A stretch of DNA of 64,000 nt, from positions 191,270,001-191,334,000 of the forward strand of contig OX597814.1 in assembly GCA_951406725.2 (NCBI GenBank). The letters are read 5' to 3'. Made by a program: the position numbers and the translations under genes. Shown one piece after another: positions 50,447 to 63,767 of the stretch (position 1 is the stretch's first letter; every line of letters starts with the position of its first letter). The notes under the pieces were generated by a model. That model was not told the DNA's origin, searched no databases, and saw only the letters and a program-made list of their open reading frames with translations. The DNA comes from Octopus vulgaris. Its lineage: Eukaryota.

Positions 50447-51330
50447 TCAGATTGTTTCAGCTGGATTACCTCATTGAGCCAGAGCATTTGCTGAATGTAA
50501 AGCTCTGCATTGACCATGAGGTTGTTTTCAAGCATTTTGTAGAGCGGATTAATTGATCCTAGTCCCACCAAATGCAGATCATTGTCTTGTGTGAATGTGG
50601 ATCTAACTTGGCTTGAAACATTGCTCACTTGTTGGGACTCAGCCATTTTCCCACTGTTTCATATTGTTGTAAAAACACCATTTTACATCACCGTGATGAT
50701 GCGGTAAAGGAATCTGTTTGTTATTTCTTTATTGCCCACAAGAGGCTAAACATAGAGAGGACAAACAAAGACAGACAAAGGGATTAAGTCGATTACATCG
50801 ACCCTAGTACGTAACTGGTACTTAATTTATCGACCCCGAAAGGATGAAAGGCAAAGTTGACCTCGGCGGAATTTGAACTCAGAACATAACGGCAGATGAA
50901 ATACCGCTAAGCATTTCCCCCAGCGTGCTAACGTTTCTGCCAGATCGCGGTAAATGAATCTGTTTGTGTTCCTGAGTAACCTGGTGTCGAGTATGCAAAC
51001 TGTCAGTGATAGAGGAGCACTGGAGTCTGTCTCTTTTGTTTAGAGTGTATAGCACCCAAGCACCAAATTTTTGGACCTTAGCCACTGAGTGAAGGTAATG
51101 AGTGATAGTATCATGAAAGCAATTCATCTACTGGACCAATTCCCTTGGGTATTGGCACAGATGAGCAGGTTCAATCGATTTTTATTGAATGGACAAGTTG
51201 GTCAGAACGTGGGTAGACTGTGAGGTTGAATTTCTCTTTCTTTAACCATTTCTGTACAATTCTTTCAGTACCTGCGTCATCTTCATACACAGAAAAACTG
51301 TCTTGAGTGGCTTCTTTGGTAGTATTGACA
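50447..51330 (-). mobile_element. Decayed mariner transposase fragment, interrupted by a family B SINE (50722-50945)
   Basis: KFGAWVLYTL resembles WVPHEL. Also YPRS and VNAELYIQQM motifs. SINE TSD GCGGTAAA(G/T)GAATCTGTTTG. Confidence 0.75.
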
Positions 51331-51454
51331 CGTTATACATACATACATACATACATACATACATACATACATACATACATACATACATACATACATACAT
51401 ACATACATACATACATACATACATACATACATAGGAAGTTAAATGTTATGGCTA

Positions 51455-51915
51455 GTCATAAAGTGGCCATTGATTTCACGCCTATAAAACGTTTAGCAGT
51501 ATAGGTGACTCATCAGACTCATATGACCAAAGGCGTATAACTTCTCTAGAACTGGAGGAAGAAATACGTTACAGTCAGTTTCAAAAAATATATATATATA
51601 GTCGTCCGTGCAAAGGTGCTGCAGGCAAGACGGGGTTATCCACTTTACATCTGCTCAGGTCGTACTGACATTCGAAAGAACTGCGGCAGGCCTATCCAAC
51701 GAATAGGAAATTCCAAGTTTATAGTTGGGAACGTTTTAGATGCAGGCATTGACTACATACCTCTTTCCTGGAGTTTAAAGTGGTTCCGGGTCGGGCAAGT
51801 TTTTCAGGATTCTTGCTCTCTTTGTCAAAGAAAGCTTACATCGTTTACTCTATAAGCCCCCGGTTGTTCAAGGAGCATCCTTTTAATTATGTATGGGGTT
51901 TCTTCCTCTTTTAAG
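51455..51915 (-). mobile_element. Penelope-like 3' remnant: GIY-YIG C-terminus followed by a hammerhead motif
   Basis: Frameshifted LKEEETPYII..SKRCKLSLT..TTLNSRKEVCSQCLH, then CTGATGA-stem-GAAA at 51527-51455. Confidence 0.7.
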
Positions 51916-52551
51916 CGCCATACGGTATTTGTATAAATGTATGAATAGTATACAATCAGTGTACAACAGAAGCGAATGTTATATGTGTATCATGCTTACT
52001 ATATAGTTAGTTAAAAAAAATCATTTGAAATCATCTTAGCAATTAGTTGGCAACATTCCTTCGAAGGGTGGATAGAGTGTTAAGAAAGCAAACAAAAGAG
52101 ATAACTATAATGAATTCATTTGATCAAAGAAAACGTGTATCTATTTGTATGCACCTGCTTGTGTTTGCGCATATGTGTGTGTTGTATTTATTCGGACGTT
52201 TGTCTGAAGGCATGTGCTTGTGTGGTGATAGTGGTGGTGGTGGTGGTGGTGGTAGTGGTGTGTGTGTATCCACTCACAGTGGATGAATATACTTACACAC
52301 ACACACACACTGTGGTGTAGCTAGAGCGTAAGTCACCTGGGGCAGCTCTTAGGATTCCCGTCCTCCACCTCGTGACCCGCCCCCGATTCTATACAGGTAT
52401 ATACAGCAGACCCAAAATTGCGCCGCCACCTTAAAAGCGTCATCAGGGGGCGGGTTCTCGTCTCCGCACTGCATACACTGTTGTCTGCGCGAGAGTTCGT
52501 GTGCGTGCATGTGTGTGTATGTGTGTGTGTGCATGTGTGTTTGTGCGTGTG

Positions 52552-52590
<39 letters not shown>

Positions 52591-53155
52591 ATGTGTGTTT
52601 GTGCGTGTGCATGTGTGTGTGTGAGTGTGCGTGTGTGTGTGTGTGTGTGTGCGTGTGTATGTGTGTGTGTGTGCGTGTGTGTGTGTGTGTGTGCATGCGT
52701 TCGCACGCGTCTATTTGTGTCTGACTCAGCCACTAAATAGATTATCAAAGAAATGAGTAGAGTTTAGTTGTAGTCGAAAGAAGAAATCACTCATAATCTC
52801 AGGTGTTTAAATATCAAGAGGTAAACTGATAGACGAACACCTGTCAAATAACGAATATAAATTTCCTCTATTAACGAATTAATATATTCCCATGCAGCCT
52901 CCAATCGTAAACAAGTTGCGTACCTACTGGCGAATCAGCAGTCATTAGAATGCCCCCGAGATCTTTATTTGATTCATTTTACATTCTGAGATCAAATCCC
53001 GCTGGAGTCAACTTTGTTTTATATACTCTCGGAATGGGATGAGTAAAAAGGAAGAAAAAAAGTAGCGTTGAAGACATCTGATTGACTGAAATTCTCCCAA
53101 AATATCAGTTTAAAAAACTTGCAATTTCTTTAATTTCTAAAAGAAAAACAAAATG

Positions 53156-53576
53156 TGGATCTTTTCGGTTTGAACAGCAGTTTTTTAATATAATTCCCAC
53201 GTAACTAAACACTTTTAAACATCGTATACTGGTAGAATGTGTTTATAAAACATCTTTTTCTCTTGGCTTTATTGAGAAAATTTTATAGTTTGTAAGATAT
53301 TTGTTGTTTTTTCTTCAATTTCTGCAATTTCAACCAATCAAGGACGTCTATTGAGGTGAAAACATTCTGTGCCGTATGAATATGTCCCTCGTTTAAGAAA
53401 CAGATTGGGTTTATTTACATTTCTGAAGAAAAATAGATATCCCCCACTAACTCTAACCCTAACCCTAACTCTAAAACAGATTGAAATGCAATAGATCGAT
53501 ACTAGGGTCATAATTATGGGTGACAATTTCATATGACACCGCTAAAAAAAACTGCCGTTCAAACCGAAAAGATCCA
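53156..53576. mobile_element. MITE with ~30-bp TIRs and internal telomere-type (CCCTAA)n
   Basis: GGATCTTTTCGGTTTGAACAGCAGTTTTT ... AAAAACTGCCGTTCAAACCGAAAAGATCC. AAAATG is repeated on both sides. Confidence 0.85.
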
Positions 53577-54388
53577 AAAATGCTAATACTTTTCGTAATT
53601 AGCACGTAAAGCACCATCTTTTTTTTTTTTGCTTTTTGCTTCTTACTTGTGTTAGTTATTAGGCTGCAGCTATGCTTATTGGAGATTTTATTCAATTGTT
53701 ACAACGTTTCACAATTGCGACGAGTTGGAATTAGTTTTGAAAGAGAATTTCTTGTTACTGTTTGTCGAAGTCTGTTATTGTGTTATGTGGGAAGAAAAAG
53801 GTAAATAATGCAGAGCTTGCGCGAAGTTGCTATTTGAACTGTCTGAAACCTCTAAAGAGTAAGAGATAAAAATGAATGAAGTTAACTCTTTGAAAGTTGC
53901 GGAACAAAGTTTTTCCTATTGGTATCTGAAATTTATACCTGTGCCAAAATCAAACTAGATAATTAACAATAGAATGAAACGTCTTAATTTCATTAAACTC
54001 TGTTTCACCGAAAATGGTGGCGAATTTGACAAACTGAACTAATAAATTCCAAAATGCAAATTCTAAGTGCAACGGAAACAAACGTAAAGATCGCGGTTTC
54101 GATTCTTGGTTCCGAACCCAATGTGTGCCTCTTATACATGTCAAAAAAACAAAGAGATGAGATGAACGGGGGACACATGGAGTCTATAAGTCTAAGTGCA
54201 GGCAACTACGTCCAGGGGGAAATTATGTCTAAACATGAGCGCAGAGCATGTGAACATTCGACGTGTTTTGAGTCAGGAGAAGAATTGAACTACACAGACG
54301 TGTTGCAAAACAAGGAAGTAGATGTACATAACAGAGGTGCATGTGCATGAGTGCAGGTGGATCGAATACACTTCATGCCTGCAAGATC

Positions 54389-54427
<39 letters not shown>

Positions 54428-55160
54428 ACTGATTCATTGCTATTTCAAGACGATGAATTTAAGACCAAAATATGCCCTGAATTATCTCCCGTAATTACTG
54501 ATAAAAACAGGAAAAGTGATTGACTAACATTATTTTTCTTTGCCTTACTGCATAATCATTTCTAGATAGCTTTTCTAGATGTTGCCTATATTTAATATGC
54601 TAATGTTAACTTATCTCAATTTAAATAGCTATCAGAGAATATCAAAGCTAATACCGAAGGGAGAGACATAGTTCGTCAAATACTTTCTTCCTCTCTTGCT
54701 TTCAGACATGTATCACATGGGCAGACATTCCCGACACCTGATGTGAACGAGAAAAAGAAGCGATTCATAGCGAAGTTTAGCAAGAAAATGTGTGTATCTG
54801 TAGAAGGGCTGAGGTATTCGTAAACATGAACACCGGACATACAGAGGCGTACAGACAAGATATGCAAATATTAATGTTACCGAATTATCACATTACGTAA
54901 AGATGTGTGTAGGCGCAACTCGCTTATATACATCCTTATAAACATCACATCCGGGCGCGCGTGCAAACACACGTGTGTATATGTGAATATATGTGTGTAT
55001 ATATGTGTGTATTTATCGTGTAGTAGAAGACTGTGACGCTGCAGTGGAACTGAACCCAAAGCCACGTCGTTGCAAAGCGAGCTTCTTAACATAGCCATGC
55101 CTATGCCTATAAAACCCCCTTTTGTGGATAAGCAACATTATATAAAATATAAAGGTATAC

Positions 55161-55217
55161 AGCTCGTCTGGGATTTGAACCCGGCACTTTTCGCACCAAA
55201 GGGAGACATACTCCTAG
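55161..55217 (-). pseudogene. tRNA-Pro pseudogene (5'-truncated, degenerate)
   Basis: CTAGGAGTATG..TTTGGTGCGAAAAGTGCCGGGTTCAAATCCCAGACGAGC aligns to eukaryotic tRNA-Pro (CTAGGGGTATGATTCTCGC..GTCCCGGGTTCAAATCCCGGACGAGC). The acceptor 5' strand is absent. Confidence 0.75.
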
Positions 55218-55510
55218 CTTTATGAAGATTTTTTTTTTAGTGTAAAAGTTAATTTATCCAATGGAATCTCTAAAGGGTTCCCTGGATGTGGAATTGCGAG
55301 TTTTTAAACAAGGAACGACGCATTAGATAATGTATGGAAATTAGATAACCTTGGAAAGACGGGAAGACAACGGATGGAATGCATTTGATTAACAGTTCGC
55401 TGGATGATTGGTCTGGAGCTGAAGAACAGTAACAGCAGCAAAATGTATAAGCATGTAAACGAAGAAATAGATTGACCGGCAGGTTGGCAAATGACGCACA
55501 CACATACACA

Positions 55511-55541
<31 letters not shown>

Positions 55542-55558
55542 GCATGCACGCACGCACG

Positions 55559-56655
55559 CAGGGCCGAATTTCAGACCCATAGAGGCCTTAGGCATTTAAA
55601 AGGTTGTAGCGCTTAGTGAAATGCATTATCCCTCTTTGAGAGATATCATACAAATGTGGACGTGGCAGATAACAGCTGGCATTCGGCTGCTTAGGCCCAG
55701 TTGTGTCCGCTGCTCTGATTGGTTGGTTTTGGTGCAGTTTTAACTCTTGCTTTATTTCGCACCAATGTGTAAACCAACCAATCGCATCCCTCAGATAAGG
55801 TCCCGCGGCACAGTCTTCCAGGTTTTTTTCTGAAGCCACTAGATTGTTATTAAACCCAGCGATCCATTGAATCGCTTGTCTTTGGTCCTAAACCATTGAC
55901 CATAGAAAATCCAGCGACAGACAGCCAGTTCGAGCGACTCATCCATGTTTCTGCGACAGACAGCGACGACACCAACACCAACGCAGCATTTCTGGACCTT
56001 TCTCCACCATCACCTTAATCTCAACGTCGCCTTTCTCCACCGTCATCATCACCACCGTCGACTTCAACAATATGTACACATCAACATTGTCCAGGTTTAA
56101 CTTCACGCTGTTTGTGAATACTCACCAAGATTAACAGCTCAGTCTACCTGCGAGAACTTTCTGTACCAAGTAACCCGGCATAGGATAGAAGCCACAACCT
56201 CTACACACGTAGCAACCGGCTCTCCACTTTGTAGCCTCAACTTCTCTGTTACAGAACCTCTGCTATTGTGTTCATTACTACGAACTGGTAATTATCTCCA
56301 TTTGTGTCTGAACATTCATCTAGCGATCCTGTTATAGACTCTTTCTATGTTCTGTATTATTATTATGTACATACTTATGACACGCACACACGCACATTTG
56401 TCGCACTCAAAAACACACAGACGCACACTTGTCGCACTCAAAAACACACAGACGCACAAGTTAACCTATAAATAAAACCTTTTCTCTTTTACATTATACG
56501 GTTGTGTCGTCTTCTTCCTTATTCGTTGTGACACTTTTATTCATTATCTATATTTTGGCTTCTTTTGTAAGGTGACCGTGCGGTGTTTAAAAGCAGACAT
56601 TCCTTCGTCACCATCTCCTTTCGTACGGTCGTTCTACAAGGTTTTGGTGCCCCTA
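55559..56655 (+). mobile_element. hAT-like element 5' end, split by a solo LTR
   Basis: CAGGGCCG..AGAGGCCTTAGGCATTTAAAAGGT|TTTGGTGCCCC reconstitutes a terminus similar to 5658-5715. Confidence 0.6.
55605..56638 (+). mobile_element. Solo LTR, Gypsy-like (1034 bp)
   Basis: TGTAG...CTACA termini, exact 4-bp TSD AGGT, AATAAA near 56471, CCAAT boxes. Confidence 0.85.
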
Positions 56656-57289
56656 TATATATGTAAGCCATAAAATAAATTTTTATTTTTCAAAATGAAA
56701 CAAAATTAACAGTAAGATGGAAAATAATGTTTATTTTTGTACTCTTCTTTTTTATTTATATTTGAAAAGTTTTCTCCTTCGTTTTGTTTTTTTGTAATTG
56801 CAAAGTGATCGATGATACCACTTAAATTAATTTTAAATAAAACTTCTGCTTCAATACTTAGTAGAGATAAGGGATTACGAATATTATTTTAGCAAGTTTA
56901 AAGTGATTTCTTTTGTGCCGTAAACCATTTATCATTTCCATGATGTCCCCTCCTTCTCTTGATGCACTTAGCATGTGCTTATTTTGTTTAATCGTTAATG
57001 CAGCATTGCATGCAGGCAAACACATATAAACTGGAAAATTGGGTTGTCAGGAAAAAAAACCCCAACTAGCTGATATGTACATTCCAATTTCAATCTGTAA
57101 GCGGAACAGTAAAAATATGCAAGATTTTTCTTAAGTTCAACGTCTAATATTGTTTTTGCTATCTTCATTCAAACTGCAGACCTTTGTATCTTTCCTCTCT
57201 AACGGGAAGAATTGGAATAATTAAAAATAGAAGAGAGCGTACATGTTTACTTACATACATACCTATCTACCTGTCTACCTACCATATAT

Positions 57290-57344
57290 ACATACATACA
57301 TACATACATACAGACAGACAGACAGACAGACAGATAGACGGATG

Positions 57345-57412
<68 letters not shown>
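57290..57412. repeat. Compound (TACA)(GACA)(GATA)n microsatellite
   Basis: Read directly from the sequence. Confidence 0.95.
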
Positions 57413-57884
57413 TGTAGTATGAGAATGTATATATTGTATTATTGTTCAGGTAAGTTCTGAAGGGGCACGTTTATAAGTAAAAAGCATTCCAACCGTGACC
57501 ATTCTGTCTGGGTTATCTCATGTGTCCCTTTCCTTAAGATGGCAGAGCATGACCCGATGAAGATTTGTTATTTCTATCTCTGTATTTCTATCTCTATTTC
57601 TATCTCTATTTCTGAGTAAGTGGTGTAATTTCACAATTTCTGTAACGAATACAGCAGCCCCGCTATTCAATAGATATCAGTATGGGAGCAGAAAAATGAT
57701 GGCGTTTATTTATTCTGGTTGGTCTGTTTAAACAAACACAGCCATCCGGGTGTTTATATTGCATGCTCGACTGGGAAGGTAAACATGGGAAGTAATTGCA
57801 TCAAATATACAGATATACACCTGCATCAGAGAGAGAGAGAGAGAGGGAGAGGGATGAGGAGAGAGAGAGAAAGAGAGAGAGAGG

Positions 57885-57935
<51 letters not shown>

Positions 57936-58049
57936 TAGGAGAGAGAGAGACTCTAAGAACCTTCGAGAAGTTATTTCGGGAACAATCCGATGATTTGAAT
58001 ATTCATTCATGAATGTTGTAGTTAAAAGAAAAAGGTGCATTGTATATAT

Positions 58050-58443
58050 TTTTTATTGCCCGCAAGGGGCTAAACATAGAGGGGACAAACAAGGAGAGAC
58101 AAACGGAATAATTCGATTATATCGACCCCAGTGCGTAACTGGTACTTAATTTATCGACCCCGAAAGGATGAAAGGCAAATTCGACCTCGGCAAAATTTGA
58201 ACTCAGAACGTAACGACAGACGAAATACCTATTTCTTTATTACCCATAAGGGGCTAAACACAGAGAGGACAAACAAGGACAGACAAACGGATTAAGTCGA
58301 TTATATCGTAACCCGTACTTGTACTTTATTTATCGAAAGGCAAAGTCAACCTCGGCGGAATTTGAACTCAGAACGTAACGACAGACGAAATACCGCTAAG
58401 CATTTCGCCCTGCGCGCTAACGTTTCTGCCAGCTCGCCGCCTT
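58050..58443 (-). mobile_element. Dimeric family B SINE
   Basis: Same dimer junction. TSD AAAAGG(T/C)GCATTGTAT. Confidence 0.87.
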
Positions 58444-58702
58444 CATAAAAGGCGCATTGTATAGCGGTTAGGAACGCTCAGTTCATGACAATTAAGTCGC
58501 GGGTTCAGTACCTGTCCATGGTGGTGCGCTGCGCTGCGTCTCAAACCGAGAGTGCCTTGTTTTACTTTGTCCTAACGGCTCCGTCAGAGGCCGCTACAGA
58601 TCTTGGTACTAAACTGCTCAATTGCATCCGGGTTTTCGTGGAATATAACAACCAGATAAACCTTAAGTCTATGGTAGATCCGATCCCGAATACCCTTGCC
58701 TT

Positions 58703-59308
58703 TGTAACGAGCTTCGTGTGAGTGAATATCTTGTCTCGTACTTTCGGGGTACAAGAAAGCAATCACTAGCCGTTGCTTTAATAATCCAGAATTCTACCAG
58801 TCAGAAACAACAAGACGCAGACGTAAAATATATATATATACTACTTTATTCTCTTTCTTGGTAACAGTAACAATAAGTGTGTTATCTGATGTCCTTGGTT
58901 CTGGGCGCACAAGGCTGAAAGTTAATCGATTGTAATATTTACAATGTTCAGCCGCCAAAACAGAAAGGGTCAAAATGGCGTCCGAAGGAAGAAGATGATG
59001 TCTGCAACAATCCAGGTTAAAGGCCTTTTGATAAGGACTGCTAGAAGCAAGTTCGAACGGAGAGAAAATATGCGTGACCGTCTCCTTCAATCGCTGCTGT
59101 CCCAAGTCGCCGCTGCTGCTGCTAGCGGTCAAACGTTCTACGATCCCCCTGCCTTGCTAACTACCACGATAGGCAAGCGGGTCGTGCTTCCGGTGGTTCG
59201 CGCATGCGCGAGAGGGCCCTTCCTTTCTGTGCCTTGGTGAAGGCACCAACACGCGCGAAATACAAATGGACGGTGCGCGCGCGCGCGCACCGTTATAGGG
59301 TCACTACA
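58703..59308 (-). mobile_element. LTR-like element
   Basis: TGTAACGA...TCACTACA ends and a minus-strand AATAAA near 58845. No TSD was found. Confidence 0.45.
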
Positions 59309-59503
59309 TTTTTTATTTTCAATTTGTTTTATTCATTATACTGTGGTCATGCTGGAGCACCACCTTGAAGGGTTTAGTCGAACAAATCGACCCCCAGTAC
59401 TTTCAAGTCAAGTACTTGTATTTTCTTGGTTTCTTTTGTCGAACTGTTAAGTTACGGGAACGTAAACAAACAACAACGGTTGTCAAGTGATGATGGGGAC
59501 AAA

Positions 59504-59555
<52 letters not shown>

Positions 59556-59644
59556 CGATGGGCTTCCTCACAGTTTCCCTCTAAGAAATTCATTCATAAG
59601 GCATTGGTTGGCCTGGGGCTATTACTCTTTTCTTTTTGTTTTCT

Positions 59645-59995
59645 CTTTTTACTTGTTTCAGTCATTTGACTGCGGCCATGCTGGAGCACCGTCTTTAGTC
59701 GGGCAAATCGACCCCAGGACTTATTCTTTGTAAGCCTAGTTCTTATTCTATCGGTCTCTTTTACCGAACCGCTAAGTTACGGGGACATCATCGGTTGTCA
59801 AGCGATGTTGAAGGGAGAAACACACACACACACACGGGCTTCTTTCAGTTTCCGTCTACCAAATCCACTCACAAGGCTTTGGTCGGCCCGAGGCTATATT
59901 AGAAGACACTCGCCCAAGGTGCCACACAGTGGGACTGAACCCAGAGCCGTGTGGTTCGTAAGCAAGCTACTTACCACACAGCCACTCCTACGCCT
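59645..59995 (-). mobile_element. tRNA-derived SINE, family A
   Basis: Reverse-complement match to 4643-5040. An older copy adjoins at 59330-59620. Confidence 0.88.
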
Positions 59996-61212
59996 ATATA
60001 TGCACTGTATTTCAAATTTCATGTTTCTTTAAAACATATGGCAAACACCATGCAAGGATAGGGAAACCATCGCCAGGTCAAGTTTAGGATCCAATTTCAT
60101 TTCTCTCATGCACTTAGGAAAGAAAAAAAAACGATTTTTCACAGTTCTCTTTTCCACTCCCCGGAAGTCGATAGGGCTAATCACTTGTTAAGATATATCA
60201 CTGATTACATTGCTTAATTAAGCAAAAGCTACAGCAAATTACATTTTGGTTTTATTTATCTTTTTCTGTGTGATTTGCCCAGATTCGCTTCTGATTTGTT
60301 GGAATATATCAGCATTGCCTTGAAATGTAGAGACATATAAAAGCAATGCCTTTGAGTTAGATAACGAAATTGCTATTTTAGTTCTGCTAGCTATCGCAAT
60401 AGGTAATTCTCCCAGTGAGCCGAGACCCATTTAGCTTCCTGGTTAAAATATTTTCGTTTATTTATGTTAATATTTCTTGAGAAAAGCGTAACTATAATCC
60501 AATCTTTCCCCCTCATCCGCAAATAAACTTGTGGCCTTATGCGTTGAGGAAGACATCTTTTCCCGCTGTTTCGTAAAGGAATGCTTTTTGTAGATTTTAA
60601 TTACAGTCTCTGAATCAAAGTTTTTTTTGGGTTTTTTTTCAAATGTTTGGTATTTTGTTTTTATCTCTTACTTCTTTCAGTCGTTGGACTGTGGCCATGC
60701 TAGAGCATCACCTCGAGGTATTTAGTCGAATAAATCGATCCCAGTACTTTTTTTTAGTCCGATACTTTGTCGATATCTTTTAATGAATCTCTAAGTTACA
60801 GTGGACATAAACAAACCTATACAGGTTGTAAAACGATGATCACAGACACACACACACACACGCACGCACGTACACACACGCACGCACGCACACACACGCA
60901 CGCACGTACACACACGCACGCACGCACACACACGCACGCACGCACACACACGCACGCACGTACACTCACGCACGCACGCACACGCACACATCTATTCGAC
61001 GGTTTTCTTCAGTTTCTGTCTATCAAATTCACTTACTAAACATTGGTAAGGCCGGGGCTTTAGCAGAAAACGCTCGTCCAAAGTGCCCCGCACGGGGACT
61101 GAACCTGAGACCAGGTGTTGACAAAGCGACCTTCTTAAGCACACAGCTATACCAACACCTATTCATGGTTTCTCCTAGATTAGCGAAAATAAGTAAAGAA
61201 ACAAATAATATA

Positions 61213-61297
61213 CAGTAGTCCCTCGACTATCGCGGGCGTTACGTTCTAAAAACACCCCGCGATAGGTGAAAATCCGCAAAGTAGAAACAGTACTGTA
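61213..61297 (+). mobile_element. Tigger/pogo-like terminus
   Basis: TA|CAGTAGTCCCTCG..ATCGCGG..CCGCGATA. Confidence 0.5.
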
Positions 61298-61933
61298 TAT
61301 TTTTTTTTATTATCTCCGCCTCCGATTAGCGAAGGCGGAGATATTGTTTTCTGTCGCGTTTGTTTGTTTGTTTGTCCGTGGACAAGATATCTCAAGAACC
61401 GCTGGATGGATTCTGACGAAACTTTCAGGAATGTTTGGCCTCGTGATTGGCATGAACTGATTAGATCTTAGGAATGTCTTTTCAACTTGTGCCTCCGACA
61501 CCACCTCTATTTTTCTTGCTGTCACTGCGTGTGTCCTGCAAACAAAGTTCTCTCTTCGACGTGAAAGTGTCCCCCCACCACCACCACCAATGAAGTGTTA
61601 AAGGATAACTTTTTATACTTCTTTGGTGGGTGGGGGGAAACACTTTCATGTCGTTCCCCTCCATTTTAAGTATTTCCTTGAACTTGCTCAGCTCTTCCTG
61701 ACTTATGTCTTCAATTTTTCCCTTTGCCACTGCAGCATAATTCCTTGTTTCTATTACTGCGTCAATCTTCTTCAAACATCTCACAATTTCTTCCTCAGAC
61801 GACATAAAGTCTGTAGAAGAACAATTCAAATCCTCACAACACATCGCACGACGCCTCTCCATTAAACCAGAGGGAAAACGTCGCACCGCCAAGACAACCA
61901 AAAACACGTATGTTATTCACAAAGACAGTAGCC

Positions 61934-62351
61934 GGATCTTTTCGGTTTGAATGGCAGTTTTTTCTAGCGGTGTCATATGAAATTGTCGCCCATAATTATG
62001 ACCCTAGTATCGATCTATTGCATTTCAATCTGTTTTATGGTTAGAGTTAGGGTTAGGAGTGGGGGGAAGGGTATCTTTTTTTCGTCACAAATGTAAATAA
62101 TCCCAATCTGTTTCTTAAACGAGGGACATATTCATACGGCACAGGATGCTTTTTACCTCAATGGACGTCATTGATTGGTTGAAATTGCAGAAATTAAAGA
62201 AAAAAGACAACAAATATCTTACAAACTATAGAATTTTCTCAATAAAGCCAAGAGAAAAAGATGTTTTATAAACACATTCTACCAGTATACGAAGTTAAAA
62301 TTTTTAGTTATCTAGAAATTATGTTAAAAACTGCCGTTCAAACCGAAAAGA
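61934..62351. mobile_element. GGATC-TIR MITE with (TTAGGG)n, opposite orientation to 53156
   Basis: Reverse complement of 53156-53576. Confidence 0.85.
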
Positions 62352-62686
62352 CAGCAGTCGAATTAAACATAACGCTATACGGAATCAAGCTTCTTTATTT
62401 TACGAAATTGGTCATAAAGGCCTTACATAGAGGGGACAGAAAAAAAAAACGAATGTAAAGAATGAATTAATATAATGAAAGATGAAATGAAGCCGTTCAG
62501 CCCCACCTCCGAATGACATCATTGAACCAGTTAATATAACATCTATTTGAAAATAATTATTTAATCACCTTTTTTTAAAAAATGTCCATATTGTACTTTT
62601 TTAGAATAACAACATACCTTACCTGTTTCGGCATTGTGCTGGTGTCTATTTCTTTGACCCACCACTCACAGTCCAGATTTTTCACA

Positions 62687-63199
62687 TCTATATATATAAA
62701 ACTGTAGTTGTGTGAGTGTCTGTCCCCTTCGATTTAGATTCCTAACTACTCCCACATTTTGCGGTGCAGTTTAACCAAATTCGGGTATCTTATAGTCGTG
62801 ATTCATATTGAGCCCGTCTGAGTATTAGCGTGCGTCTACGATGAGTCTACGATTTTAAAAATAATTTAACATCATTTTTTATTCCATTTTAATGCATAAT
62901 TTTTCGTGTGTCGATGGCGGCGGAGTTGGCGTCCATGGTCACACCTGCACCTGTTTGCTTCTTCCCCTTCTTCCCTCCCTCGTGAAGCTGTGGGGAAGGG
63001 AGTGTAAGGAAATCAACGTCGTAAAGCGTTGTCAAGGAGACCAGCGTTCTTTTAGAACAACGACTTCATGGCTTGAAGACACCAAAACAGAAATGGCTAA
63101 GAAAGCCCAAATTGGCATCTATAAGGGAAGTAACTCTCTAAAAATGCTTATATAGTTATTTCCCTTACAAACCCGAGCAACGCCGGGCGATACTGCTAG
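62687..63199 (+). mobile_element. Non-autonomous Helitron
   Basis: A|TCTATATATATAAAA...CCCGAGCAACGCCGGG..CTAG|T. Confidence 0.88.
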
Positions 63200-63332
63200 T
63201 ACTTATATAATCTCCATACGCATAGAATGTTCTCGGGCAGACCCCTTACTCCCGTTACATCCACCTTTATTACTCCGTCGCAGAAAGTCCACCTCATTGC
63301 ACAGTTCTTCATTATGTCCATTATACATTACA

Positions 63333-63551
63333 GGCGGCGAGCTGGCAGACACGTTAACACGCCGGGCGAAATGCGTAGCCGTATTTCGTCTGCCGTTACG
63401 TTCTGAGTTCAAATTCCGCCGAGGTCGACTTTGCCTTTCATCCTTTCGGGGTCGATTAAATAAGTACCAGTTACGCACTGGGGTCGATATAATCGAACTT
63501 AATCCGTTTGTCTGTCCTTGTTTGTCCCCTTGTTTAGGTAATAAAGAAACA
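63333..63551 (+). mobile_element. tRNA-derived SINE, family B, young copy
   Basis: Perfect 20-bp TSD TATGTCCATTATACATTACA (63313-63332 and 63552-63571). CpGs are intact. Confidence 0.93.
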
Positions 63552-63767
63552 TATGTCCATTATACATTACAACATATTTTTCTTTGCAGGGCGGGGATGG
63601 GTAAGTTTGAGGCTCCTGTGTGTTTGTACTTGTTTTTATGTCAGACAGGGCATAGGGGGTTGGGGGGTTGGTGTCTGTAGGGAATGATTGGGTTAGAGTT
63701 TGTGTGGGTCGGGGGCGTTTAATGATTCCTCAAAGAGGTTTTCAACTCAGTGTTGATTTCAATAATG

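Noticed and set aside
61482-61907. 141-aa minus-strand ORF
   Set aside because: No recognisable domain. It is possibly the 5' end/ORF1 of a LINE, but support is too weak.
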